DNA from: Marsupella aquatica
Taxonomy: Eukaryota > Plantae > Marchantiophyta
Direction: 5' to 3'
Length of the DNA stretch: 64,000 nt
NCBI GenBank assembly: GCA_973895155.1
Contig: OZ316892.1
Span: 5,230,510 to 5,294,509, forward strand
Below are positions 46,247-60,300 of this stretch, piece after piece. The notes under the pieces were generated by a model. It saw only the letters and a program-made list of their open reading frames with translations, was not told the origin of the DNA and did not search any database. The position numbers and the translations under genes are program-made. Position 1 is the stretch's first letter; every line of letters begins with the position of its first letter.

Positions 46247-49200
46247 GCTGACTTGCCATGAATTGCAATGAGAGTAGGCAAGTTTTGACCTAGATCCTTT
46301 GATGGGCCCAAAACAAATTCAGGATAGTTGCCATAATGCCGCCGATACTGATAAAGAGTATGCTACTAACTCTGCTTTCTCTTGTTGGTAGTGTTGTTTG
46401 TAGGCACCTGTTTTGCTCACACTAGGATTGAATCACTTCCTTGACTTTTTCCCTCACGGCTGTTGTCATGGCTACTATGGAAAATGGTCATGCTTGCAAA
46501 GTGCTTTCTTCTTCCTTTGCCTATCAACTATATAACGAGCATACCCACCATGGCTTTCTGGATAGTCTCTCAGACCAAGTTGCTCATAAAACTCAACCTA
46601 TACGATCATGCATAGAGCATGATCATGAACCAAAGATTATCAGGTGTTGTTAAATTTGCTTTGTTTTGGGATGTTGTGAGGTAAGGGGGTTAATGTGTTC
46701 ACAGATTGGATGTGACTCAATTCAATCAAGATGGTACATGGATCAGGATCAATAACACTTAGAGGTAAATCTTGCATCAGATTCTTTTGACAAGATTTGG
46801 ACAACAAAACATTGACTCGGACACTCAGTGAATTTTAAGGGTAAGCATGTCTACTACTGGGACATAAACTAAGCTGATATATAGGAAGGTCCCAGGGTAA
46901 GGTGTAGAGCTGGAAAAAGATGGAGTCTCTGGATATGCAAGGTGAGGAGACCTAGTTGAGCCATAGAGATATTGAGCCCCTCTAGACCACAATTATGGCA
47001 CTAAGATTCCATTAGTGATCTTCCACAAAGAAATCTATCAGACATTGGACTGAAGGTGATTGACTTCATAAAACCATTGGGACAAGAAACCCTTTAGACC
47101 ATGATAGAGATGGTACTGGTAACATGTGGATTACGTCATAAGGAATAATGATTCATCTCAAAATCTTCACCAAGGTGTAGATGACTAAAAGAGTTCAAAT
47201 ATCAAGTGTTTGCTCTCTCCAATGGCACCAACATCCTGCTCAATGGCCACACAAAACAAAACAAGAACAAGAACAAGAACAAAGCAAATATCTAGAATGG
47301 CATAAAATTAATTATTGCAACTAATTAGGAAAGTTTAAATAAATAACTCAAGGAGTTTAAATAGAAAGGATTAGGAAACTAACTTGATCAGGCTCCCTTG
47401 CCACTGTCAAAACATTTGAAAGTAAGCTACAAACGTCTCAATTTTGTATGCATGGTTGAATTGATTAATTAGTGATGGATAGTGTTATATTTGCTACCCA
47501 TAGTCAAGCGGGTTGGGGAAATTGGAGGGGAAGGTGAGACAGTGTTTAGAAATTGATTGAGCTCAAAAAGTACAACAAAGCTTCCTCTTGATGAGTAGAT
47601 CAAAGCAGATTTCAACTCTTCCATCACCACCCCTCCACACAACACATTTGATCAGGGCCCACTGTCACAAAATATTTCCAAAAAAACAAATCTTTGGGGC
47701 CCCTCTCATCCTCATTCCAACTGACCCTGACTTCCTAACTTAGGGGGTTCTTAAGAGCTATCTGAGTCCTTTCTGGACCTACTGCTGCTGGTTTTGCTGC
47801 TCCTTTGTTGAGGGCACATTCCGGGGCACACCAGCTGGTAGAAATGGGTGGTGGTGATGAAGACTATGACCGTGATGGTCTGGGACCCTCAATGCAACAG
47901 CAACAGATCGAAGCAGCTCCGGGTGTGAACATTATCAAAGATGATTGATGTTTGATAATCAGCCCCCTGCTGCCATTGGTACAATTGGGTTCTTGCTGAG
48001 CACATTGATGAAAATAAAACCATAATGATGTAGTAAAGATTGAGAATGGACCCTCTCACACAAACCAACATGCACACCCCCAACAACCAGAAGTAAAATT
48101 GGACAAACTCCACTAGCCAAGCTATCACCCTCCAACCCCATGCCTCCCCCAACAAAATAATGAAAGAAAAATCACAAACCCTGAATCTCTGCACACAACC
48201 TTACCAAACTTACAAATTCTGAGTCTTCTGCCAAAAGAATGGACAGAAGATAGAGTTGGTACCAAATGACAAACTCTGGGTTGCATTTGTGTTTGTGGGC
48301 ACCACTCCTCTACACAAGGTCTCTCTCGTCCAGATACACCTTCTTTAAATGAGGCAGAATTTCCACCGTGACAAATGAAACCCCTTGTTCAGCCAATGGG
48401 AGGGCTCGGATGAAAAGGCCAAGAGGCACATCAGCACAACCCTTGGAGGACAAACTCCACACAAACTGACGGTGCCTGGTGATTGTGGTCCCTTGCCCCA
48501 TTGGTTCACCATTGATTTGTGGCCTAGATTAATTTTGCGTAGGTTTTATAGGGATCGAGCAATTCAATATTCACCAAGATCTAATGGTGTAGATTCGTTG
48601 GTACAAGATCTAATTAAGAAGCTGGACCTAATGTAGAGTTTTTTCTTCTCTCAAACAGCTTTTTTATTGAAAGATAAGAAACACTAGAAGATGTCCTGTA
48701 CAGTAGGCTTGATAGGGAACACTCAAGTGGCAAACAGTCACAAACAGAGTGCCCCAAAAAATCTTCGTGGATTACAAATTGACATCATTCTGATTGTGAG
48801 CAATCCATAGCTCTTAATGATGTTAGTAACCATCATCTGTGTTCATTGTTGTTTGTTCTATGTATGTCTAGATTGAAGCACCCTCTTAGATTCCTCATCA
48901 TTGTCAATTCATATCCCATGTCCTTAAGGAATCCTCATAACAGTAGTAGGGGGTGTCAAAGGTTCCACCCAGAGCTTGTTTTTGCAGGAGCAACATCTTT
49001 CATGTCAAGACGCGTACAGTAGACACGGTCGGCTCTCACGATTGTGAGAGTTGGGAAGAAGGAAGCTATTTTTGCATCATCCAAAAAGCACTAACCCAGC
49101 ATGGCCCTACCTGGGGAATATGAAACCTAAATTGACAGTTGCAAAATGCATGGTGAGTCCAAAGACTTTGAGGTCATGCAAGGGACATGATAAGCAACAC

Positions 49201-52200
49201 CAATGGCCATGTACCTAGGCATGACAATTAAATTTGGCACCATTCACTAAATTGAACATCGAATAGTATCAAACGAAGCTACTAACATATATCTCCCCGG
49301 AGTAAATTGTACTAAGTTGCACAGTAGGGAGTCACTATGACCCGCGAGTTTTGTGGCCGTGACCGTGCCAAACCTGACCCAGTTCGCCATGAGGCCCCAA
49401 GTTATTATTTTGTTCCACTGCTGTAACTCTAGTTTGAACTCGTGGGTATGAAGTGGATTTACATAACCCGCTTTCCTAACCTCGTCTGTAATCATTATTC
49501 AAGAACGTCCAGGCACTCCAGATACACTAACTCACATCAAGTGTACCAGCCAGACGTTTATGCATACCACTTGGTATGATTGTGTACATTCTGGAGTTCC
49601 TTTTTGCCTTGATAGATAAGATTAACGATTTCACTGAATTCCACTCATCTGGGATTGATTTCAGATGATTGTTCACATTGTGGATATTGTGGCGGTCTTT
49701 CAGCCTTGACAGTTGGAAAGATTGCACTGAATTCCATTCATCGAAACAGCAGCATAAAACAGGCTGTCCCGACAATCTGTAATTCTGTCCCAACCATCAA
49801 GTGATTAATCATCGTCACCTTAGCTTTTGTTCTTTCTTCTTCGCATTCAAATTACGCAACGTTGCGACAATGCAATGTTAACCAGATTGTCGACTCTCTG
49901 TCAAAGGTGACCCACAATGATGTGATTCAACCCCAATAATCATCAGTACTGTAGTACACTGTCTGCCACAGACCAAGAAAAGATTTGCCAGGGGAAAACG
50001 ATGCACTGCCAAAGAAAGCCATACATTAGAAAGCAACGTACTAATTACGAACATAGACAACATCAGCTATTTTCCTCGCTCTGGATGAATTGTGGGACGT
50101 AGGATTGACCACTGGCGATTTGTTTGAGCTAGAATCATCAAGCCTCGGTCAAGATCATCGGAATGAGAGAGAATTGAGATGAACGGAAAAGGGTAAGCAA
50201 GTCGTCTTATGGCAATTAAAACCAGAACTAAATCCATATTGAAATGTAGGCCTGTACAAGTCCGCATTCCTCCCACGGAGGCGAGACAACGAATCGAATG
50301 TAATCAGGAACTGCTGTGAAGAATTCTGCACTAGCGTCAGACCTCACTGTAATGGCTGTTCATCTTCTGCAGTTCTGTAGGATTTGTGTTTTCTCACAAT
50401 GATCTCGATGGATTTTCGTGCGATCGATTGATGATGCAAAGTCTCTGCCGTTAAGGATCGAGAGTACACTGTCACTCTGCTTCCGTGATGATTCGTGCGT
50501 TTCTATGGCAGAGGTGGGGCCAAGTTGTTTCCCCTTGTATTACGGGACTTCTGGCTTGCTGGCCCTTCCTTCCTCGGTTCGCTAAAGAGACATCTACTGT
50601 AGGAAAGGAATGATGAAGAAAGTCGCCACTCGCTAGGGTTATTTGTTGTCTCTCTTCTGTTCTGCTTTGATGGATTTTCCATGCTTTGTTTATGCATCGG
50701 TGTGCATCGCCGAGGAATGATGATGCTGCCTGCTGGCGCTTGGGCCATACGCTGAGGCGTGCCGATTCTGCCGAAGTGGTGGTGTCTGATGAGACAACTG
50801 AAAAGGGCAGCGGCAGCCGGGCCGAACACACGGAGATGCGGCGACCAACTGAGACGCACACGCGGTTGAGTATTATTTTGATCCAGGCTTCAACCTCCGC
50901 GGGCCTCCCTGTCTGCCGTTTGACGACCACCATCCTATCTGCAGTGGCTTTCTACTCTGCATAACCAATCAACTACAGTCCTGTAGAACTCGATTGTATG
51001 AATCCACCACTCTTGGTTAGATCCTCGGCAACTAGGGCCGTTCACCTCAAGCTTACTACCGTAAATGGCGCATACGTACATTTTCTCGATCAATCCTTTG
51101 CTTTCTGTCAGACTCCTAGCGACCCGGCCCACCATTAGTGCGCATTGCCTGACAGGAAGAGCTAAAGCGATTCACTTTTCTTCTTTTGTTTGCCTCGAAC
51201 AATTTCAAAGAATTCCATTCTATCACCTTCTCTTATGGCCACAGTTTCCCTGCTACCCACTGTACATTGACTGTCTGCAGATGACACCCAATGCACCACT
51301 TGTCTCCTTCTAGAATCTAAACGTCATATCAGAGAATTCTGTACGTTAAAAGTTTCAAGCGACTCTTTCTAAAAGCTCGGTACATTATTTGATCAAGCAG
51401 CTCATAAAATTTTGTTCTGCTGAAATTCAACACTATGATGGACACAGAAGAAATTTGGTAGCCTTCGTCTCCCGAATTGGAAGTTTCCTTTTCAAGCATA
51501 TCTTCTTCTTCTTCTTTTTCAATCCTTTTGAGGACACTGTACCGTACTCCTTTTCAACATAAAATTGGTCCTTTTTCGCAAAGCTTGCTTCCTCACGTAC
51601 AGGGCAAAGAATTTCCTGCCTCGCTCTCTATGTCGTAGTGTCATCGTCGACATGATCCAGGCATTTGCTTTGTATGTGAGATACGGAGATCATCCTTGCA
51701 ACAGCACAGGTGGGCTATGATACTACAAAACCACTTTTCGCGATTTCTACGAAGGAAACACTGAAACAGGGTGGAATGATGCTTAGGGCACGCATTTCGA
51801 ATTCAATCCAACCTTTGTCCTCGACAATCTCGAGAATCCCGAAAGAGACTGGCATGAGGCTGTCTGACTTCCTCTCCCCACTTCGATAATTCTCTGACTC
51901 CTTCCTCTACTGTAGTTTTCATTCCCAACGTTCGATCTAGCTAGCCACCCGTGGCATGTGTATTCTGAACTGAAATTATTCTCCTCGGGAAGTGAGCTAG
52001 CTGGACCTCAACCAACGACGACGACGTAACCTACTAATAAGCAAGTAGTTGCTGTGTGGAATGTACTGTAAAACAGTCTTTGAAGGCCAAAAACAATGCA
52101 AGTAGTTTTCTTTTACGTCTGGCGAGACGCCATCACACATTATGGAACAGTTAAATAAGTCAACGAGTCCGATTTCTTCCAAAGTAAAGTAAACTGATCT

Positions 52201-53986
52201 ACTGTTAGTAGACCCTCTGGGCAAAGAATTCAATTGAATTGAAGTCAGACCCTCGTTGGCGCGCTGATCCAACCTCGCTCGCTTGCCATCGAAGCTCTTA
52301 CTACACACACCGATCATCTCGGAGGAAGTGCCTTCCACGTAAAATTAATCACACCGCTCATGTTTGGGCCCTAATGTCGTTTACTAACTTACTATTATTA
52401 TTACAGGCATACTTCCTCTGACTGCAATCACCTTGCTACCAGTCTAATCTAATAATAAAAAGTCATGCCGCCAAGTGGAGGTAATCTATGGCCAAAGATT
52501 GGAGGTTCTTCACGAGAACTGGTCTGTACGGTGATTGCAGGGCACACAGACGCCGTGTACAGTAGAGAAGACTTATCAGTGCAAGCCACCTTCGTGACTT
52601 TGTGGTGAGGACGGGGTGAGGAGTGAGGAGTGAGGGCTACTGCTGCAGAAATTAGAAATTAGACTTCCGCGCTGGCGCCAAATAGAGATTTGGAAGTTAG
52701 TCGTATGTTGTTGCTCGATGTGCCGAAAGGGCGGTCTGCCGGTCTCAGATTAATTTGTGAGCTCCGAGCCGATCAGTCCTCAATTGTTTAAGAAATCACA
52801 GATTACTTTACGACCGGAGCCGCGATAGGTCACACTTGTCCTCAACATGTTATTCATCTCATTCGACCGATCAAACTCGAATTGGAAACCAGCGGTTGTC
52901 CATAAAGCTTTGAGCCACGACAGGACACAAAAAATACAGCGTGCAATCACCAACCAGAAGTCTGAACCACTGGCCTGCCACCTCCCAGCACGACAAGCGT
53001 GCTCACCAATCGAACCGAAGCGATCCGAGTATCCGACCCCGACACCATGCATTCTTCTTTTCCCTCATCAACAATTCCATCATTAACCACTTCTCCAGTT
53101 CGCCGTTCATCCAGATCGACCACCAGAGCCCTATAGTTAGTGGATAGATCGGTGCAGTCGATCGATAGCCTTTATGGCGGCTTTGTTCGGGAACGAAATT
53201 AAACATGAGAGGTCTCCATGCCTCGGGCCGCAGTTTTCGGGAAGTCCGTGGCGCCTTTAATTTAATCAAAACATTCCTGCTGATGACTCTGACTGCATCA
53301 TGCAATGCATCGGCGCGCAACCGAAATCTGCCTCCTTTCTTGGTATTGATCCAGTAATAAGTCTCTCTGACTGCCGGCCCATTGGCAGCTTAGTAGATTG
53401 TGATTTCTCGGTTTATCAACGAGTTCGTAGGGAGGGATCTAGCACGACAAGTCATCTAGCACGACAAGTCTCCACGTGATTGGCAGCAGCGACGACGACC
53501 AAAAAGATCAATCATCCCAAAACCTTCCAAAGAAAATAGGAATCGATCGCGCGATCTGCGAAGTCTCAGAACAGGAAATCTGTGTTTCTCTCGTGCGTCG
53601 TCGATCTCGGGGCTGAGTCCCAACAACGAGGAAATTTCTGCGTGATCATAATAGAGAAGGACCCGACACACCGGTTGACACACGATCATGTCTCTTCGGA
53701 CGAGAAGAGAAGAGAAGAGAAGAGAGAGAGTCGATTTAGATTTTTTTTTCGATATGAGGGGGAGAGAGAGAGAGACAGAAATCCAGACAGACGCAATTAT
53801 GTGATACAATCCAAGCTTTTCATCGAGCGCCATGAAATTCAAGTGAAAGAACTGTCATCGTGTCATGAGGGGTTTCATAATTTTCGAAAGGGAGACACTT
53901 TTCCTCTACGTCGTGCAGAGAGAGAAGAGAGAGAGGAAACTTTTGTAGTTTGGGTTTGGGGCGAAGGAAAAGGAAACAGGAAATTT

Positions 53987-54148
53987 AATATTTTTTCATG
54001 GGGACAAGTTGAGGATAAAGGAAACCCTTCATTTTGATTGCCAGAAAATAAATGAAGCGTAGTAGATAATATTTTTTCGTGGGGACAAGTTGAGGAGAAA
54101 GGAAATCCCTATTATTTTGATTGCCAGAAAAAAAATGAAGCGTAGTAG
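53987..54148. repeat. tandem duplication, about 80 bp x2
   Basis: AATATTTTTTC.TGGGGACAAGTTGAGGA...TGAAGCGTAGTAG occurs twice. Confidence 0.88.
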
Positions 54149-54294
54149 TCAGGTCTTCGCCCTTCTTAAGTATTATTGTTTTCAGGGGTATTTACTAGGC
54201 TATTGTTAGGTTTCAATTTTCCAGGAAAGGAGTTCAAAATCCATGCACCTGCAACAGCATTGGGCAAATTTAGATGGCGGTGAATTTCCACACA

Positions 54295-54602
54295 AGTATG
54301 TGATGGTGTTGAATTTCCACGTAGGCATTATTGGCATTTTGTATGTAATCAAGCAAAATTTGAGTCTTAATGTCCTAGTTAATTTTCTTGCTACATTTCT
54401 CAGTGAGTCTTAATGTCCTAGTTAATTTTCTTGCTACATTTCTCAGCCCTAAGGGCATTATAAAACTACAGTATGTATGGTGGTGAGTTTACACGTAGGT
54501 ACTATTGGCATTTTGTTTGTAAACAAGCAAAATTTGAGTCGTAATGTCCTAGTTAATCTTCTTGCTACATTTTTCAGCCCTACTGGCATTATAAAACTAC
54601 AG
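54295..54602. repeat. nested tandem duplications (about 175 bp x2 with an internal about 43-bp repeat)
   Basis: CACGTAGG...TGAGTC.TAATGTCCTAGTTAAT.TTCTTGCTACATTT recurs three times. Confidence 0.85.
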
Positions 54603-54689
54603 TCGAACCCTACCTCCACATCTCCTCCTGCCCTAACCCTCATTTTTAATAGAAATAACAGATTCTTTCTTTCCCCTCACTATTGAGAT

Positions 54690-55230
54690 TTTCGTCATCA
54701 TCAGTTTGATGGGCTTCTTAGAAAGGCTACTTGTGACATTCACGGACGGATGGGTCCCTCTGGACCCCACTATCCATCTTGACCATGTACTTTTGTCAGC
54801 ACATTTATCGTGATCCCTCCCAGTAGGAGCCACTGTGACTCCGCCAACGCTAACCTCACGGCTCTGATTATGTTAGTACATTGGATGTGGCTTATTAGCT
54901 CTTGTCGCATTTTCCAACTTGGACACTAGTAGCTGAGCTTCCACTCATGCACTCTTTGACACCCTTCCTTTTATTTCTTCAGTTTTTTAGGTTTGCATTT
55001 GCTTTCTTATTTCTTTGTTTGGTTTTTGTACTCTTTGGACCTCTTTTTCTTTGGACCACTTGTTCTTGCCTTTCATTGTAGTTTGTTTTTTTCTGGTATA
55101 TAAACTTGGTGACTTGTCGTTTTTTTTCCTATTTTTTCTGGTATATAAACTTTGGTGACTTGTCGTCTTTTTTCCTAGACAGTTGTTGTCTGGTGAATTG
55201 TCGTCTTTTTTCCTACGCAGTTGTTTTCTG
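54690..55230 (+). mobile_element. highly decayed 3' fragment of the same RLE-type non-LTR family, copy 3
   Basis: With frameshifts it reads GP.LSILTMYFCQH, similar to YPPVSIITAFFRQR. TTGGACACT is shared with the copy 1 UTR, and short GGTATATA/GGTGACTT repeats follow. Confidence 0.4.
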
Positions 55231-56874
55231 GGTTAAGCTCGAATAGAATTTATAGAAACAAAACGTGTTTTAAATATAGTACTAGTACTAGTTACAGGGC
55301 AAAGTGTTATTACATGGCATTGTGGGCTACTTTTCCTCAGCATGATGCCCTTCCACCTTAAAGGCCTGATGTCAGTGTAAACTTAAAGGCCTTATGTCAG
55401 CGTAAACTTAAAGGCCTATGTCAGTTCACTATTCTAATAAAATTTGATGAGATTTGAAACCCGACCCTTAAGAAGTTAAGAATCCTTATCCTATACACTA
55501 TATATACCCCTCATCATAAAAGCTACTTTTCGAAACTACGGTAGCCAGAAAAAACCGAGTAATATAGGAAAACCAGAGCGAAGTCGAATCCGGAGACCGG
55601 ATTGGGCGGCGGGCTGCAGGGCTGACTGGCCGGCTTAGTTTGTGACGACGGCAGCCCGGCCCCTGACGACGGCCCTAAACTCCGTTTCTGACGACGGCAT
55701 CCCAATCTCTGACGACGGCCGCGCAGTTAGTGACACGGCAGCCCTTAAGTTCGGTAATTCCGTTGATCAATAAAGATAAGACCAGCTGAATGAGAAGCTT
55801 ACAGGTGGGAGAATCTTAAGAACGGAGGCAGGTTTTACGGTCAGGATCATCTCCTCGTTCATAGTGAGCCTTGCACTACAACCAAGCGACGGTCCAGTTC
55901 GCGACGCTTCGACAGCTCACTGCAGGACTGTGGGACCCTGAGGGTGTCCCGTAAGTAAGGGACTCAAGCGAGCAGACGCCAGGCCTATGGACGGCTCAGA
56001 TGCTTTTAACCAGTCTACGGCTGACATCGACGGTTCTGGGAGAGAGACCCCAGCCGCATTAATTCAGTTGGATGTCTTCGCGCAGAGACGACCGTTCCAT
56101 CGGGGAGGTGTCATGGTACCACCACAGGCGGGAGTGTGGGACGGTGATTAAATGGTGATTTGGGGTGATGGCCCAACCACGGAAATAATTTCGCTGCCAC
56201 CATGGAAGTTGTGGCCAGAGTTCGAACACTGTTCAGTCAGGTCTGGTGGAACGCCATTAGGAGAGACCCGGACATTTCCCAGGAAGTTGGCTTCACCACA
56301 AGAGCCTGAATTAAAAAAAACCAAAACAAAAGAAAACAAAAACAGCATTGGTTTCTGTGAATATCCAGGAGGTTGCACGCGGCCACTATTTAATCACCTC
56401 TTAGGATCCAGATTCCAGACTATTTATTCGACACTGGTCGCACGAGCTGGGCACCTGAGAACATTGTATTGCTACCTTGTCCTGAACAATACGACAGTCC
56501 TTAACTTCTGCTTGCTTTCTTTCGTGAGTACCTCGGTTGTCAGCATTTTTTAAAGTAATTTAGGTGGCAGCTGCTGTGCAAATAGTCCATTCATTTATGG
56601 AAGGTGTATTCGTGACTACATGGAACCATCCCTAGGAGGACTGGTGACCTCTCCGTCTTTGGCCAGCAATTTTTTTTCCACCCTGAAAAGTTGAAAACAA
56701 ACCCATCCAAGAGGATAGACTGATAGAGATCTTGTTCCCAAGCATGCAATTCTGTAGGGTAGCCATAAGGGGAGGATACCTAGAACACAGACCCAGACCA
56801 GGAGGGGGAGAGGGTTGAACTGGGGTCCTAAAGCAGACCAGGGGCTGAAAAGTAATCACTTCGCCCTGCCCTGT

Positions 56875-57370
56875 GAGTGAACCTCTTGGTTTTAGGCTAA
56901 TCCTCTGGCCAATTGACCTCAGCCAGTTGCTTTGGCAAACAAGAGTTCTGTAGATAAAGATTATGTGGCAATTCAAAAATGGACCATTGAAGAAGATTTG
57001 GCAAATCTGAATGGAGCTGTGTCAGAAAGACAAGTGAGCTTTGGCATTGCAATCAGGCTATTCAGTTGACTAAACGAGGTGCAAAAAAAAGTTGAAGCAA
57101 GTTGTCTGATGGGAACTGAACCTGGGACCTCTTGGTTTTACGCTAATCCCCCTACCTATTGACCTAAGCCAGTTGCTTTGGCAAGCAAGAATTCTGTAGA
57201 TAAAGATCAGGTGGCAATTCAAAAATGAACCATGGAAGAAGATTTGGAAAATTTGAATGGAGCTATCTCAGAAAGACAAGTGAGCTTAGGCATTGCAATC
57301 AGGCTATTCAGTTGACTAAAAAGAGGTGCGAAAAATTTTGAAGCAAGCTGTCTGAAAGGGAACTGAACCC
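56875..57370. repeat. tandem duplication, about 247 bp x2
   Basis: ACCTCTTGGTTTTA.GCTAATCC...GGGAACTGAACC starts at 56881 and 57128. Confidence 0.92.
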
Positions 57371-60300
57371 ATCTCCCATGAGTAATTCAAATACAGATGG
57401 GCAAGGAGGCCTTGAATTTCCCATTTCCCCAAACCTTGTGTCACAAGAAAGCTGGGAAAATTGAGGAGAAGAGAGTGGTGACTTTACTATAAGGGCCTTC
57501 GATGGAGTGGCAACATCATGCCCCCTCCCCTCAAAATGGTGAAGAGTTTCCACCACATTGAAATCCAATTTTGACTGTTTATTTCAAAAATTCCCATTCT
57601 TGCCTTAAAGTAGCCGGAAAATATCTGAAATACTCGGTATCAAGCTTCTCCCCAAACTATGCGGTAATACGGGTTCCCATTGCATGTCCAATAAGGGGCC
57701 AAACACGGCCAAACACTCCTGAAGGAAACCCAAACGCTAATCATTTTCTAGCGCAACTGGACTCAGCGACTAGACGGACAAATGCTGTCAGCCTACAAAA
57801 TTGCGCAATTGAAGGTCTCGATGCCCATTGAATGGGGAACACGAAATGAACGCCCACCACAAAACTCCACCGCATGATTCGGTTTTGTCTCTCTCAGGTT
57901 AACTAACTTCAACAGGATCGATAAACGGTCCGGGGCTAACTAGCATAACTGAGAGTGATCAACTGCCAGGCCATGTAAACCGCCGTAAACACAGGAAGCG
58001 CGAGGGGGGCTCATATTAAGTAAAGGCACTTTTAGAGTTAACATACTTTGTGGCCGGCGCGATTTGGGCTGGGTAAAACAGTAGTAGTATTGGCCTGTCC
58101 TTTGGAGTAAGGTGATCCACTGGAAAACAGAAAGGGTATTTTAAAAATGTGTTATTGGCGTGTTAGGAATCACTCAACCGTATTATTGGAAACATAACTA
58201 AATGTCAAGTGCGTCGCTTCGGATGAGTCGCCTCGAGTCCCGCTGACGGCTGTCGTGAGTATCTGTCGCGCATATCACGAGTTCATCGATAGGCTAACAG
58301 AGATCGACGGCTCAAATTAATGTCTTTTTGCTAAAAAGGGATCTGCAAGTCGTAAAATAAGAGTCTGGAATCCACTTACCCGGCCTCTCGTAACTGTACC
58401 GGGGTTACCGGAATCCAGCGTGATTCCCTGCTAAAAGGTTTTGGAATAATTATTATATCCAAGTGAGTATTTTTATCTGCGCCTGTCGAACGGCTCAGAT
58501 TGAACATGTCGCTTAACTGTGAAACATTGCTGTGTAAGTGTCTTTTACCCGTAGGTATGATACTTCCGATTGGACAACCAATACGCCAAATACGGTATCG
58601 TATTTTTTGAGATACGGACTGATCCGCCTCCTCTGAACCTTACTCGGGTGGACTGGACGGATCTTAGAACGTACAGTAGTTCCAGATTCTGGGATTGGGA
58701 ACTCAAGGTTGGGCTCTCCTTAGGTACTGGACCTGCCCTCACCTTCCTCCCTTCCAGAGTTCCATAGCCAATCTGAATGCTCGAGCTTTGCTCACCAATA
58801 GGGTGTCCCAAACCTGGAAGTTAGTGGAAAAAATGACACCCAAAACTACCAGTTGTGGTCATGGGTCAAGAGTGCATGGACACTCATTTTCATGTCCATC
58901 ACTCTTTCTTGGGAATTTGTCGCAGACTGCAACCGGAGGCAGAAAGGAGAAGATTGAGACTCCCTAATAGATAGTGAGTAGGATAGTGTAAGTCCATCCT
59001 TAACCACGGCTGTGTACCAGAATCAAGGTATGATTAATAGGATTAATTTCATGGAGGTATTGTGATCACAGTCAGTTTGGGTGAAAAGCAGCAGCTTTGA
59101 GGGCGGCTTCATACACTTTCCATGTTCTCACAAAATGGGAGCACATACCTATACAGCAAAGTCCTGTTTGCGCATTGTGTGTTGTAATGACCCCATAAAC
59201 GAGAGCTTTAGCTGGAGTCTTTAGTGGCTCTTGTTGGCCATAATGTTCTGGGAACAAGACCTTTACACGGGGAGAATTCTAAGATTACAAAGTGAAATCT
59301 CGAACCCTAATACTGATCCATCCAAGCTCGAGCTGAAGCCCTCGTTTTTTAAGGCATGATGACCCGCAGTGCATTATAACCAGTACCTTGTTATTTTCAA
59401 AACAAAAACAAAAACGGATGTTGGACCCCCATATGAAATTTATGATAAAAGGTCGCAACCTGATTCATAGAGCCAGCCGGCCATAGGATCCACAGAGAGT
59501 ACAAGAATATGGGAGGCGACAGAAATTTCGGATCCTCTAAAGGTTTGACCGTTTGCTTGGTAATCGTGAAGTTGAAGTGGTTCCGTAGATTAGGGGGCCA
59601 AGTTACTGCAAAGTTGAAATCACAAATCGGTGGCCAGTGATATCATCTTGAAGAAATGAAGAGCCTCTGGAGGAGGTGATATTATTATATATTATTCCTG
59701 GTATCATTATATGTTTGGTGTCTTTTTGTAATGTCAGATTGTTGCAACCGCCCTTTGCGATGGGCTGCACCTATGCTCTCGCTGTTTGATTGCCTATTGC
59801 ATGAAAATCTCAAATGTGGCGAGAAAAATCGGTGTTGTCACAAACTAAGTTGACAATAGTGACAAAAGCTATTCAGCAAACGTGTGGGAAAAGCTGAAAA
59901 GACAAAGGCAAAAAACGAGAAATGATTGGAGCGACTCTTCTCTTGCTACTCGATTTTCAACACCTGTTGGACAACATTGAAGCACCCTCGCGCTGAAATC
60001 TGATGCCGTCATCCACAAGCTCCAAATGAGGGACTGCTCCCGTGTGGGTCTGGGTTCACCACCTTTCGATGCTCTCGAAGAGGATGTTTTTGATGTAGGG
60101 CTTTCGCACGTATACCAGGTGTAACGTGGTACAATGGTGGTCCACATGGAGGGACCAACCTGTCTGCCTGGCCAATTATTTGCCAACTTGAACTGGACCA
60201 TTTTGTGGGTTCATGACAAATTAGCCAGTTTCCACCAAACCACAGACCCCATTAGCCAAAACCTGACCGTATCCTTAAATCTAGGGAGATGTGCCAGTCA

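Noticed and set aside
46650-47250. Possible LINE ORF1 remnant (CHNCGLEG on the minus strand)
   Set aside because: Too degenerate, and the zinc knuckle is incomplete.
53700-53780. miR529-like AGAAGAGAGAGAGT match
   Set aside because: It falls within a GA microsatellite, so a chance match is expected. It may be a 5' UTR tract, but no linked CDS was found.
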